From assembly GCF_009914755.1 (NCBI RefSeq), contig NC_060936.1: a DNA stretch of 64,000 nt. One strand, given 5' to 3'. This document shows positions 51,961 to 64,000 of this stretch, in pieces (positions within the stretch are counted from its first letter, which is position 1; the number at the start of each line of letters is the position of its first letter). Both the position numbers and the translations under genes were made by a program. The stretch comes from the human T2T-CHM13v2.0 reference genome, Homo sapiens. Below the pieces are notes generated by a model, which did not search any database, had not been told where the DNA came from, and saw only the letters and a program-made list of their open reading frames with translations.

Positions 51961-52979
51961 CAGTCTACATCCTGACCATGACCTTCCCCTTGCAGTTGTT
52001 GGATAGCAGAACCAGGACTTGGCCCAGGCAGGTATCCTGGCACCAGCTCTAACTACCAGGTATACCAGGCTCAGCCACCATACTGGGCTACCTGCTCTGA
52101 CCTCTGGATCTTCCAACACTTCTTCCTACAGCCACTCTGCTATTGAGGCCAAAGTTCCAGGACCCGGATTTTTCTGCAGGGGCAGGGTGAAGGGATCCAT
52201 GTGTAAAGTAGGCAGCAGACACGGAGCAGATGATGGTGTTGGACTGGCTAGGAGAGGAGATGAAATCTTGTTTTTGCTTTCCACTTCCAATTTCTGATAA
52301 TATTATGTGGAAAGCTTTAGATTGGTTCAATACCATAGACATTTGGTGTTTCATTATTGATATATATTCCCATTTCTGTCTTCACACTTCCTTCTCTGAT
52401 ATAAAAAAACACATGGAAGTTGTAGCATAAATCCAGGATTTTTTTCTTCATTTGACTGTTTTCTTTTTCTTTTATGACACAAAGAACTGGGAATCCGAGT
52501 TAGACTCATTTATATTTCCATTTTTTTTTTTTTTTGCCATTTGAATGAAGCTATTTTACTGTTACCAGGAAAAATGCATCTACAAAGCAATCTGCTAATG
52601 AGAGAGCTTTGCAAGTTAACTTCTCTGATCGGATTCAGTCCATGGGCCCAACTAGAAATACACCTCAGTTCATTAAGAAGCACAATAATTACCAGACTTT
52701 CTCAGCAGAGCGCAGTCCTGAGTCTCCCCAAGGAAAACCTTCTCAAATTAAGAGACACAGGGATAATATTTCCAATATATGGAGAGCACTTTTGAATCAA
52801 TAATAAAAAGGCAAATATCCTAATATTTGGGACATGGATGGGGCATAAGAAAATTGTTAAAATACTTTCCACAGAGCTGGGGTTCTGCGCATCTTAAACA
52901 TTTTGGTTCTGGATGCAAACATGACTCAAAATTAAGTAACATGCCACCAGTTAATAATCCCATCTCCACTGCTACACGT

Positions 52980-54045
52980 ACAAAGACAGAAGACTCAAAT
53001 GGTAAACTCTTACCTGAAGAACTACACTTGACCAATAGACATACAGAAAAAAGTGGTTCAATCTAACCTATCATTTAAAATGTAAATTAATAATAATGTA
53101 TACATTTTCATCAACTAGTCCAACAAAACTTCAAATAGTAGATTAACAATACCCATTGTAGATGAGCAAATGAAAACAGTGAGCAAAAGATTCAACAGAC
53201 AGTTCACCAGAGAAGATATATCACTGGTAAATAAGCAAGTGAAAAGATGCTCGACAGCATTAGCTACTAGGGAAATGCAAGTTAAAACCATGAGATACTA
53301 CTATACATACATCAGAATGGCAAAAACAAGCAAAACTACCGGGATATGACACACGTTTACCTATGTAACAAATCTGCACATTCTGCACATGTATCCCAGA
53401 ACTTAAAATAAAATTTAAAACAAGCAAGCAAACAAACAAAAAAACTACCATGATAAAGTGCTAGATTAAAGGCATTATACAAAAAAACAAGTATTTTTCT
53501 ATTTACCGGCAACAAACATTTAAAAGGATTTTTTTAAAATACCATTTACTACAGAACCTAAAAGTTTATGATATGTAGGGATAAATTTCATGAAAAGATC
53601 TTTACCCCAAAAGCTAGAACATATGGCTGAGAGATATTAAAAGACCTAAATAAATAGATGTAAACCGTGTTAATGGGCTGAAAGACACAGTTTTGGTGAG
53701 CTGTTTAATTTTCCACAGAGTGCTCTATAAATTGAATACACCTCAAGTTACCTCTAGGTACCGATGAGGGAGTCTAGCCATGACACCTAAGTGTGATATG
53801 GTGGGATGAGATCCTAGAAGAGAAAGAGGAGATTAGGGGAAAACAGAAATAATCTGAATAAAGTGTGGAGTTTGTTAATATCACGTGTAAGTATTGGCTT
53901 GTTAGCTATGATCCATGTACCACACTCCCATAGGATATTAACAATGGTGACAACTAAGTGAGGGGTATGAAGGCACTCTCTACTATCTTGCAACTTTTCC
54001 GTAAATGTAAAACTATTCTAAAAGAAAATGTTTATTTAAATGTAT
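52980..54045 (+). mobile_element. Mosaic of L1 fragments (L1M ORF2/3' UTR pieces and a ~90-bp L1PA 3' end at ~53345-53440)
   Basis: aacagacagttcaccagagaagatata...gggaaatgcaagttaaaacca; cacgtttacctatgtaacaaatctgcacattctgcacatgtatcccagaacttaaa; actctctactatcttgcaacttttccgtaaatgtaaaactattctaaaa. Confidence 0.8.
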
Positions 54046-54786
54046 TATATCATGCAAATAATCCTGGGAGACTTTTTTATATAAATTATTTTAATGTTAT
54101 TTTTTTCTAAAGTTTTCAGTCACATTATCAGTTCATGTTTTTTAAGTAATGTTTTTAATAATGCAAGAATTTATGCCTCTGAGGGCATCTTTGGATACAC
54201 CCATCATTTGGATATCTGTTGTTTTCATTAATGGTCTATTGTAAATAATGCGCAGTGGAATAGACTACTAGTTAAATAGGGATGTTTAATTCAAGGTATT
54301 CACTAGGTAAAAATTAAAACCAGTACTTAAGATTAAAAATTCAAATTTTAATTTTAAAAAATTTCTCTACTCCAAGTTTTGGGAATCAGTCACTCGGCAA
54401 TCTTTGACACATCCTCGGTTTCCCAATATAGGGAATGTGTATCCTCACATGCAAACATCGCCTACCGCTTTTGGTAAGTGCTGTGGTGGCTCTGAGAACA
54501 GAGAAGCAATAGAGATGCTGTGTTCCTCCATCCAGGAACCAGGCTTCAAGGCAGGGATCACATGTGAGGAGCAACCAGCTGAGACTGGATCCTCCAGGGA
54601 AGCCCCTGCAGAAATGAAAAACAGTGGTGGGGAAACATTGCCAGCTGTGAGCAATGTTGGTGGGAGTTCAATTGTGTGTGGGAGGGCTATGGAGAAGAGG
54701 TGGCATTGAGCTGAATAAAGTGTGCTAACAAAGAGAGGAGAGATATTCCAAGGTGAGTGAACAGTAAGAGCTAAAATGTGAAAGTA

Positions 54787-55114
<328 letters not shown>

Positions 55115-55812
55115 TCACCCAGGGAAATTCAGTTTATGTCTACTCTCACAGTCTATGTGTTGGTAGTATCCCATGTCCCCCTCGGATCCATCCTGACTTG
55201 GACATGAAATTAGGCAATTGCCTTTTGCTTAGTATGCTTGAGAGAACCAAATTTCCAGCCACCTTAATTCTCAGGGTGTATCCTCATACTGAATCCATGG
55301 CTTGGCTTCGCTAGCAATTTATTCCTCAATGCTAATGACCTGGGCCTCTCTCCTCAATTCTGACATCCTCAAGATCCATCCAAGAAGAAAATAGGCAGAG
55401 AGCCATCCTTAAAGGGGGCCAGGAGTGAGCACAGCGTGGAGTAAACTGAAATTTTCCTTCCTGTAAATGGCACTGCAAGGGGAGTGGTTGTGGATGGAGA
55501 AGATGACTCAGTGGCAAGTCATGCACTTGGCAGGAGTCAGTGTCTTCAGAATAATTACTGTCTGTCAATAAATGTCAAGGATCTTTAAAAACTCAATCCA
55601 AGGGCAGATGTCGAAATGGGTTTCTTAACAGACTAAAAGACACATTCATGCAGGAGGCTTTGGGAAAATCTTTATAAAAAATTCTTAATCATTGCTGGCA
55701 TTTCAGAAATAGAAATAGGAGTGAAACAGGTAAGCATATTGATTGATAGACAGTGAGGAATCAAATAGCAATGAACCTATGAATAAAATATAACTCTAGA
55801 CACCAGGGTCAC

Positions 55813-56187
55813 TGTATTAGTCTGTTCTCACACTGCTATAAAGAATACCACTGAGATTGAGTAATTTATAAAGGAAAGAGGCTTAATTGACTCACAGCTC
55901 TGCATGGTTGGGGAGGCCTCAGGAAACTTACAGTCATGGCAGAAGGTGAAAAAGAGGCAGGTGTGCCTTACGTGGCAGCAGGTGAGAGACAGAATGCATG
56001 TCAGTGCAGGAAAAACTACCATTTATAAAACTATCAGATCTTGTGAGAACTCACTCATAATCATGAGAACAGCATGGGGAAAACCACCTCCATAATCCAA
56101 TCACTTCCCACCAGGTCTCTCCTTAAACACCTGGGGATTACAATTCAAGATGAGGTTTGTGTAGGAACACAAAGCCTAACCATATCA
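55813..56187 (-). mobile_element. THE1D-type solo LTR
   Basis: tgtattagtctgttctcacactgctataaaga...aaccatatca; TSD gtcac / gtcag. Confidence 0.88.
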
Positions 56188-57224
56188 GTCAGGGTTGGGA
56201 GAGTGGCTGGTACTCTAAAATAAATTGTTGCTCAAATTACTCTGTGTGTGTGTGTGTTTGTGTGTGTACACATGCATTCACACACTCATTTGAGTGTATC
56301 TGTATGTATATATCATTTTATGCTTATGTTGTTTTCTTCTGAAGAAAATATTTTACAAGATTTATGTATGAAAAAATAGTTTCTAACCAAAAGATAGAAC
56401 CTGTCTTGTGATTCATGTCTACTGAACACTTTCAGAAACTAAATTCTAAATGCTCCTGAAAATTCAGAAATGTGGATAAGTATCCTGCACACCTGCTGTG
56501 TGTAGTATTTTCTTCCCTAACTTGTATCCTCTCCTGAGATTCAAAAATAACATGGAATTTTCACTGGGAATCCACCTCTGCCCACTCTAAATTCGAATAC
56601 CCTCCATTTGGAGGCAGGGTGGGGGTGTCACATGACACAAGTGTGGCCAATCAATGTATGCCATCCCTTGGCTACAGTGATTGGTTCAGGATGGTCATGT
56701 GACTGTTTCAGAGTCTCTTCTTGCTAAATTCTGATGAGGGGCATTATATACAAGAAATGCAGCATGTCTGTAGCTGCCAGGCTGTGCAGATGACCATTTG
56801 CTATCTACACACACAGGCTTTGCAGGAATCTCTTGGTTGCACAAAGGGAGGCAAACAGTGCTTAGCATATATAGGATCTAGTAGGAGTCAAGGCTGGGCT
56901 TATTAGCCTGGAGTCTTAGAAGCTGGACTGTAACCAGTTAGGTAGTGGGAGCTTTGATACAGATATTGCTCCTGCAGCTTCCTTGTGAAGCGTTTATTAA
57001 TTTCATCTATATTCAAGGCACTGATTTTCCCATTTAGTTACAACTTGTGAATTGGCATTTATTTCCCATAACCAAACATTCCTTGGAAGGCAGCATCTTG
57101 GATGGCCACAGAATAGAATTGTCTTGTGGGAAATTACCTAGTGCTATGGCGCCCCCCAGATACGCTTCCAAGCATGCTATTCTAGGGGGTCCTGCATCCA
57201 AGAGGCTTACAGACCAAATTAAGA

Positions 57225-58310
57225 TGCTCAAAGTAAATGCTTTGTTAAGAAACATATAGCAAGAAGGAGAGCATAAAAATTGTACATGAATGTTCATAGC
57301 ATTATCCACAAAAAGACTAAACAACTCAAATGTTCATCAACTGGCGAATGAATAAACATGTATTAATCAGGGTTCTCTAGAGGGACAGGACTAATAGGAT
57401 AGATGTATATATGGAAAGGAATTTATTAAGGAGTATTGACTCACAGGATCACAAGGTGAAGTCCCACCATAGGCTGTCTGCAAGGTGAGGAGCCAGGAAG
57501 CCAGTCCGAGTCCCAAAACCCCCAAAGTAGGGAAGACAACAGTGCAGCCTTCAGTCTGTGGCCAAAGGCCCAAGAGCCCCTGGCAAATCGCTGGTGTAAG
57601 TCCAAGAGTCCAAAAGCTGAAGAACTTGGAGTTCGATGTTCGAGGGCAGGGCAGGAAGCATCCAGCATGGAGAAAGATGGAGGCCAGAAGACTTAACCAG
57701 TCTAATCTTTCCACCTTCTTCTGCCTGCTTTTATTCTAGCCATGCTGGCAGCTGACTAGATGGTACCCAGCCACATTGAGTGTAGGTCTGCCTTTCCCAG
57801 TCCACTGACTCAAATGTTAATCTCCTTTGGCGTCACCCTCACAGACACACCCAAGAACAATATTTCACATCTTTCAATCCAATCAAGTTGACACTCGATG
57901 TTAACCATCACAAAACCAATATGGCAAATACATACAATGGAATATTATTTAACAATAAAAAGAAATGAAGTACTGACACATGGATGAACCCTGAAAACCT
58001 TATGCTAAGTGAAAGATGCCAGACACAAAAGACCATGCACTGGATGACTGCGTTTATATGGAACATCCAGACTAGGCAAATCGATAGAGACAGAAAGCTG
58101 AATAATGGAAGCTAGGTGCTTGAGGAATTGGGAGGAAATGAGAATGGCTGCTCTGGGGCAGGGAGTTTCTTTGAGGGTGATGAAAGTGTTCTAAAACTAG
58201 ATAATGGTGATGTTGCAATTCTGAGTATACTAAAAAAACACTGAATTATGCACTGCAACAGGGTGGTCATGATGGTAACTGATATCTCAACAAGACTTGT
58301 TTTTTAAAAA
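57225..58310 (+). mobile_element. L1MB 3' end split by MLT2A2 copy 3
   Basis: tgtacatgaatgttcatagcatta...acaatggaatattatttaacaataaaaagaaatgaagtactga...ggtgatgaaagtgttctaaaactagat. Confidence 0.85.
57359..57912 (-). mobile_element. MLT2A2 solo LTR, copy 3
   Basis: tgtattaatcagggttctctagag...ttaaccatcaca; TSD aaaca / aaacc. Confidence 0.92.
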
Positions 58311-58444
58311 AAGAAAGAAAAGAAAAGAAGGAGAAACAGAAGCAAGGGAATCAGGTAGGAAAAGTTAACACACTTCTTGGGATACCACGCAAGCAGGGGA
58401 AGGACCACACCAGTACTTCAATCCTGGATTATGTGATGCTTACA

Positions 58445-58445
<1 letters not shown>

Positions 58446-58503
<58 letters not shown>

Positions 58504-58555
58504 CCACTCCCCCTCCTCTGTTCATCTCTCTCCTCTCTCTTTCTCTCTTCCTCCC
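58446..58555. repeat. (TC)n polypyrimidine tract
   Basis: Direct inspection. Confidence 0.92.
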
Positions 58556-59180
58556 AACAGTGGTCTATTGTGGATACAAGCAATAGTGTGGATGTTACAC
58601 AAAAAGACCCAACAGTCTGAGATGCCTGGGGCCAGCACAACACACTTGCACTATTAAGAGACCCCGGAACAGGTGCACTACATCAATGGCTGAGGCTTAC
58701 CCTCACCTGTTGATCAAGTATCTTACTTACCTCTCTTGTTCTAAGGACACATATTTCAAGAATAGGTGATACCTATCAGCATCATTAATATTAAGTACTT
58801 TGAGTGTCCCATGTATATTTTCCTGTTTTCTTCTAAATGTTTTATGGCTGTACAGTTTTTGACTCACGAATATTTAATGCATCATTGATTTGGGGACCTT
58901 CTGTGTGTTCAGTTTGTGACAAATGTTTGCTGTCTAATGTGGTCTGTTACTATTTAGCCCATGCCCGGCCTCTTCCATTCCTTTCTGTGTTCTTCACATA
59001 ATGCTTTCTCTACCTTATCTAGGTATGACATAGCCCCTATATTGAATTGTGCATATCCCCCTCATTTGTTTCTTTTTCTTATTGTCCATAGTTGGATTGA
59101 ATATTCTTAAACAATACAGCAAACACACAATGCAAGAATCAAGCTATTATTTCTCCTTCTTCCCAACTGAAGGGTGGCAT

Positions 59181-59400
59181 TTCAGGTATCTTCCATTTGG
59201 ACCAGTATTGATTGCATCTAGAAGAGAATGGGAATTCCGTCTCTTCTGTTGAAAAAGCATAAACATCCTTCTTCCCCCTGTTTTGGTTCTCCCTGAAATT
59301 GCAGACTGTTGAGAAGCCTGAGGGAATTGATGTCCTTTAAAATGGTAGCTGCCAATGAGATTTCTTCATCAAGGGATAGGGTGGGTTTGTTTCCTTCTTT
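59181..59400 (+). repeat. Copy A of a local duplication (copy B at 63093-63655)
   Basis: Alignable blocks gtatcttccatttgga, tagaagagaatgggaattccRtctcttctgttgaa, ttctccctgaaa, cctgaggga, atgtcctttaaaatg, ctgccaa. Confidence 0.85.
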
Positions 59401-59455
59401 AGCAGAAGCAAAACACCAATCAATTCCCACTTGTTTCGTCCAGGTAAGAGCCATG

Positions 59456-59753
59456 TTTTTTTTTTCTTTCTTTTTTTTCAGACAAAGTCTCCTTGCCCAG
59501 GCTGGAGTGCAGTGACACAATCTCAGCTCACCACAACCTCTGCCTCTGGGTTTAAGCGATTCTCTTGCGTCAGACTCCTGAGTATCTGGGATTACAGGTG
59601 CACACCACCATGCTGGGCAAACTTTTGTATTTTTAGTGGAGATGAGGTTTTACCATGTTGCCCAGGCTGGTCTCAAACTCTTGTACTCAAGCAATCCACC
59701 TGCTTCGGCCTCCCAAAGTGCTAGGATTACAGGCATGAGCGACCATGCCTGGC
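59456..59753 (-). mobile_element. Alu (J/Sx boundary)
   Basis: Full antisense Alu; TSD agagccat. Confidence 0.95.
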
Positions 59754-60178
59754 CAGAGCCATCTTATAGACCTTTTAGAAGCAAGCCTGAAGCAGGAGTG
59801 GCTTCTGTCCATTAGGAACCAGAAACTTTGAGAGGTCTCCCAGGCTGGCTGGAAAATCAGGCACCAACGCAGTGGAAGAGATGGCTGTGACTGCTTCAAA
59901 TCCCAGGCCTGTACCACACAGATGTCCCAGTGCCTGGGTAGTCTGAAGCAGCCTTGGACAATGAGCATTGAGGAAAGGGAAAGAAGCCAGATCTAGGAGG
60001 ATCCTAGTTCAGTCTCATTCAGTGGAGATTTCCATCTTTAGGTCTAAACTGTGGCCCATAAACTTAGTGCACCATAAAATCAATATAAAACACCTCTATC
60101 AGTATTTTTAAATAAAGGAAATAGAATAGAAAATATTGGAATGCATACCCAAAACAAAATATTTTCCTTCAAATTTAA

Positions 60179-60547
<369 letters not shown>

Positions 60548-60914
60548 TAATATGTGCTTCTTAGTGGACGATGATCATATGAAAGGCACCTGTATTAACT
60601 TCTGCTAACCCAATTATATCTTCCTTTAAAATCCAGAAATTCAGGAAGATCCCCCTTTCCTCTTAGCTCAGATTGTTTCTCCTGTCTGGAAACACTCTGG
60701 ATTATTCAACGTGAAGCTTGGTTCTGTGTTTCTCTGTATCATCCATCATTTACTCCATTGATAAACATTTTCCCCAAGTCCTTCCACTCCAGCATGAGCA
60801 TAAGCCATTTTAGTGGTTCTTTCAGCCCATACCGCAGATGATCAAAGAAGACGCCTAAAGGAGCCGGGCTTATAGGAAACTGAATACAGCAGGAAGAGGC
60901 ATTCACGTGACCCT

Positions 60915-61389
60915 TGTGGACTGAATTACATCTCCCAGAAAGACACGTTCAAGTCTGAACCCTGCCTGGTACTTGTGTGACCTTTTTTGAAGATAGGATC
61001 TCTGCAGATGTAATCAAGTTAAGATGAGGTCTTTAGGGGGGCCCTGATCCAATATGACCGGTTTCCCTGTGAGAAGAGGTACAGAGTCAGACCCACGCAG
61101 AGAAGGCAACGTGAGCACAGACAATGGGAGAAACACCAGGTTATGAGAGAGGCAGAGCTGGAGCAATATGCCTGCAAATGAAGAAATGCCAAGGATTGCT
61201 GGCATCATCAGAAACACAGAGAAAGGCACAGAACTGATCCTCCCCTGGAGGCTTCAGAGAGAGCCTGGCCTTACTGACACTTTGACTTCAGACTTCCAGC
61301 CTCCAGAAATGTAAGATAATAAATTTCTGTTGCTCTAAGCCACCCACGCCTGTGTTAGTTTGTGAAGGCAGCACGACAAAAGGAGTGCA
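60915..61389 (+). mobile_element. MLT1B/C LTR
   Basis: tgtggactgaatt...gcagatgtaatcaagttaagatgaggtc...cagacttccagcctccagaa...aataaatttctgttg. Confidence 0.88.
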
Positions 61390-61828
61390 ATGACCTAGAC
61401 ACAATGTACATGTTAAATGTGGGGATATTTATCTCTTCCCTAAAGAATCCTCCTCTGTCCCATTTTTCTTAAAATTCAAAGACCACTGACTCTATTTTTC
61501 ATCATTTTCTCACTTTTGTAGGTATAGGGATATAAGATAAGTTTTACTTTTCTCTTAGATTTATGATACGTAAAAAATGGATCAAGTGTGCTAATAAAAG
61601 GCAGCTCATTCTCAGTTGACAAGACGGGACAATAGAGATTGGTGGGGACTGTGCTGAAATGCAGAATGCAGGCCTCATCAGAAGGACTATCACTGCTCAG
61701 AGGAACAGGCTCCCAGTGGTGCCATATCAGTGGATTGTTTTAAAGGCAAAGCAACAAATCTGTAATCTGTATTTTTATATTTAAAAAAATCAAAATTTTT
61801 AAGGGTTTAAAATTTATTTTGTCTTAAC

Positions 61829-62148
61829 TTTTTTTTCTTTCTTTCTTTTTTTTTTTTTTTTTGGAGACAGAGTCTCACTCTGTTGCCCAGGCTGGAATGC
61901 AATGGCGCGTGATCTCACCTCACTGCAACCTCTGCCTCCCGGGTTCAAGCGATTCTCCTGCCTTAGCCTCCTGAGTAGCTGGGGTTACAGGCACGTGCCA
62001 CCATGCCCAGCTAATTTTTGTATTTTTAGAAGAGATGAGGTTTCACCATATTGGCCAGGCTGGTCTTGAATTCCTGACCTCAAGTGATCCACCCACTTTC
62101 ACCTCCCAAAGTGCTAGGATTATAGGCGTGAGCCACTGCGCCCAGGCT
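61829..62148 (-). mobile_element. AluSx-like
   Basis: Full antisense Alu. Confidence 0.95.
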
Positions 62149-62149
62149 A

Positions 62150-62495
62150 AAATTTATTTTATTTTAGATTCAGGAGGTACATGGGAAGGTTTCCTACCTG
62201 GACATATTGTGCAATGGTGGAGTTTTGGCTTCTACTGTACCCATCACCCAAATAGTGACCACTGTACCCAGTGAGTAGTTTTTCAACCCTCCCCCTCCTC
62301 CCGCTCTCTCTGCCTTTGGAGACCACAGCGCCGATTGTTTCCAGATTTATTTCATATGTACCTGTTGTTTAGCTCCCACTAATCAGGACATTTGATATTT
62401 GATTTTTTGTTTCTGAGTTAGTTCACCCAGGAGAATGGCCTCCAACTGCATCCAGTTTGCTGCAAAGGACATGATTTTATTCTGTTTTATGGCTA
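62150..62495 (-). mobile_element. L1PB/PA-type 3' end
   Basis: ttttagattcaggaggtacatg...cccatcacccaaatagtga...gttgtttagctcccact...gctgcaaaggacatgatttt. Confidence 0.85.
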
Positions 62496-63092
62496 AATCA
62501 ATTTCTAATTGTTGTCAACTAATTCATTTGTAGATGCTGCACAGTACCAACAAACTTCATCTGTATACCACCAGCTCACGACATCTGCCCCTTGGGAACC
62601 ATCCCATGGCCAGACACATGCATGCTGAGTACTTGTTGGGGGGCTGGCCTTTATTCCAGGAGCAGCTCTTGGGTAGAGAACTATATCCTGGGAGGCTTCT
62701 TGATTTTAGATATTCATCTGGGATTAAATATCTGATTTCAGGGAACAAAACGTGAGGATAAGGTGCCACTTTCACAGGTTTCGAATGTGTCACTTTTTTG
62801 TTCATTTTGTTTATTAATGAAGACGAACCCGGAAAAAACCATTCCTAGACCGGATGAGCCTCCTGGGCTCCCAGCCGGATTGTGTGGAGAGACAGAATCT
62901 CCCTGCTTCAGCATCCTTGTGAAGACAGTTCACGTTACACAGCCTTGAAGCCATCTCTGAGTGTCTTCCATAATGATGTGAGCTTCTTCTCTGATTAGGA
63001 AAACAAAATAAACATTCTCTTCCAGGCCCTTTATCCATATCAATTTAGCTCCATTTGAAAAGTCCTTCAGAAAACCTCGAAGTTACACAGAA

Positions 63093-63655
63093 ATATCAAG
63101 TATCTTCCATTTTGGACAAGGTAACAGGGTTTGTTTAGAAGAGAATGGGAATTCCATCTCTTCTGTTGAAGAAGCCACATTCTCCCTGAAACTGGAGACT
63201 GACCAGGGCCCTGAGGGATTAATGTCCTTTAAAATGATACCTGCTGACATGGTTTGGCTGTGTCCCTACCCATATCTCACCTTAAATTGTAATAATCACC
63301 ACGTGTGAAGGGAGGGGACAGGTGGAGATAATTGAATCATGGGAGCAGTTCCCCCATACTGTTCTCATGGTAGTGAATAAGTCTCATGAGATCTGACGGT
63401 TTTATAAATGGGAGTTCCCTTACATAAGCCCTCTCTTGCCTGCTGCCATGTAAGATGTGCCTTTGCTCTTTCTTCATCTTCTGCCATGATTGTGAGGCCT
63501 CCCCAGCCATGTGGAACTGTGAGTCAATTAAACCTCTTTCCTTTATAACTTACCAAATATTGGGTATGTCTTTATTAGCAGTATGAGAATAGACTAATAC
63601 ACCTGCCAAACATGATCACTGAGGGGAAAGTGTAATGGTGGAGCAGGTCTCCTTC
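63093..63655 (+). repeat. Copy B of a local duplication, interrupted by THE1C
   Basis: Matches 59181-59400 on both sides of the LTR. Confidence 0.8.
63245..63601 (+). mobile_element. THE1C/B solo LTR
   Basis: tgacatggtttggctgtgtccc...agactaataca; perfect TSD cctgc. Confidence 0.92.
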
Positions 63656-64000
63656 AAGGTCAAAGACTTCTGTGAGAGGCTGAACTGGGTGTTCTTCTTG
63701 TGCCCCTCCAAGTCCACCCTCAGCTTTTCTCCACCCTACCCTGCATCTCAGGGATGTAATATTCAAATACTGCATGAATTAAACCCCCTGTCTTCCAGCA
63801 TCCAGATTGGGTTGACGAACGGGAGGCACCAAGGAGATCAGAGAGCAGAAGATGAGAAAGATGAGGATACTTACAACTCTGCTTCCCAGACCCGCCCCCT
63901 GCAACTTTGGGCCACACGTTGGAAGTGACTGTGTCCCTCCACCAAGGGACACGGCTTCTCCTGGGTGGCCCTTCTACCATCACTCAGGCTCCAGTGACCT

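Noticed and set aside
59219-59253. pre-miRNA call for the duplicated hairpin
   Set aside because: The ~11-bp stem is far shorter than the ~30-bp stem Drosha needs, and the flanks do not extend pairing.

Overview
Primate (most likely human) gene-poor intergenic or deep-intronic DNA. No protein-coding exon, tRNA/rRNA gene or CRISPR array can be supported; the long ORFs in the track come from simple repeats, Alus, L1/L2 or LTRs. A large share of the window is recognisable interspersed repeat: about 18 Alus, L1/L2/MIR fragments, MaLR LTRs (THE1A/C/D, MSTA, MLT1), three MLT2A2 solo LTRs, MER41A, LTR8, LTR16/LTR33 and DNA-transposon relics (MER1A/B, Tigger2a, MER63A, MER3). Repeat families were assigned from remembered consensus sequences, not a Dfam run, so subfamily calls and the edges of old elements are approximate. 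Most notable observations: (1) an old duplication (59.2 kb and 63.1 kb) whose 35-bp hairpin/NF-kB-like core is far better preserved than its flanks; (2) an apparent second-generation retrocopy with two AATAAA/poly(A) units inside an LTR at 13.8-14.1 kb; (3) a cluster of LTRs carrying DUX4-like motifs, two sharing an AP-1-creating variant; (4) a candidate promoter with plus-strand splice signals at 5.5-9.3 kb; (5) several short-range duplications, a 74-bp VNTR and a 1.1-kb higher-order CAT/CAC minisatellite. I found no clear evidence of a new multi-gene system.
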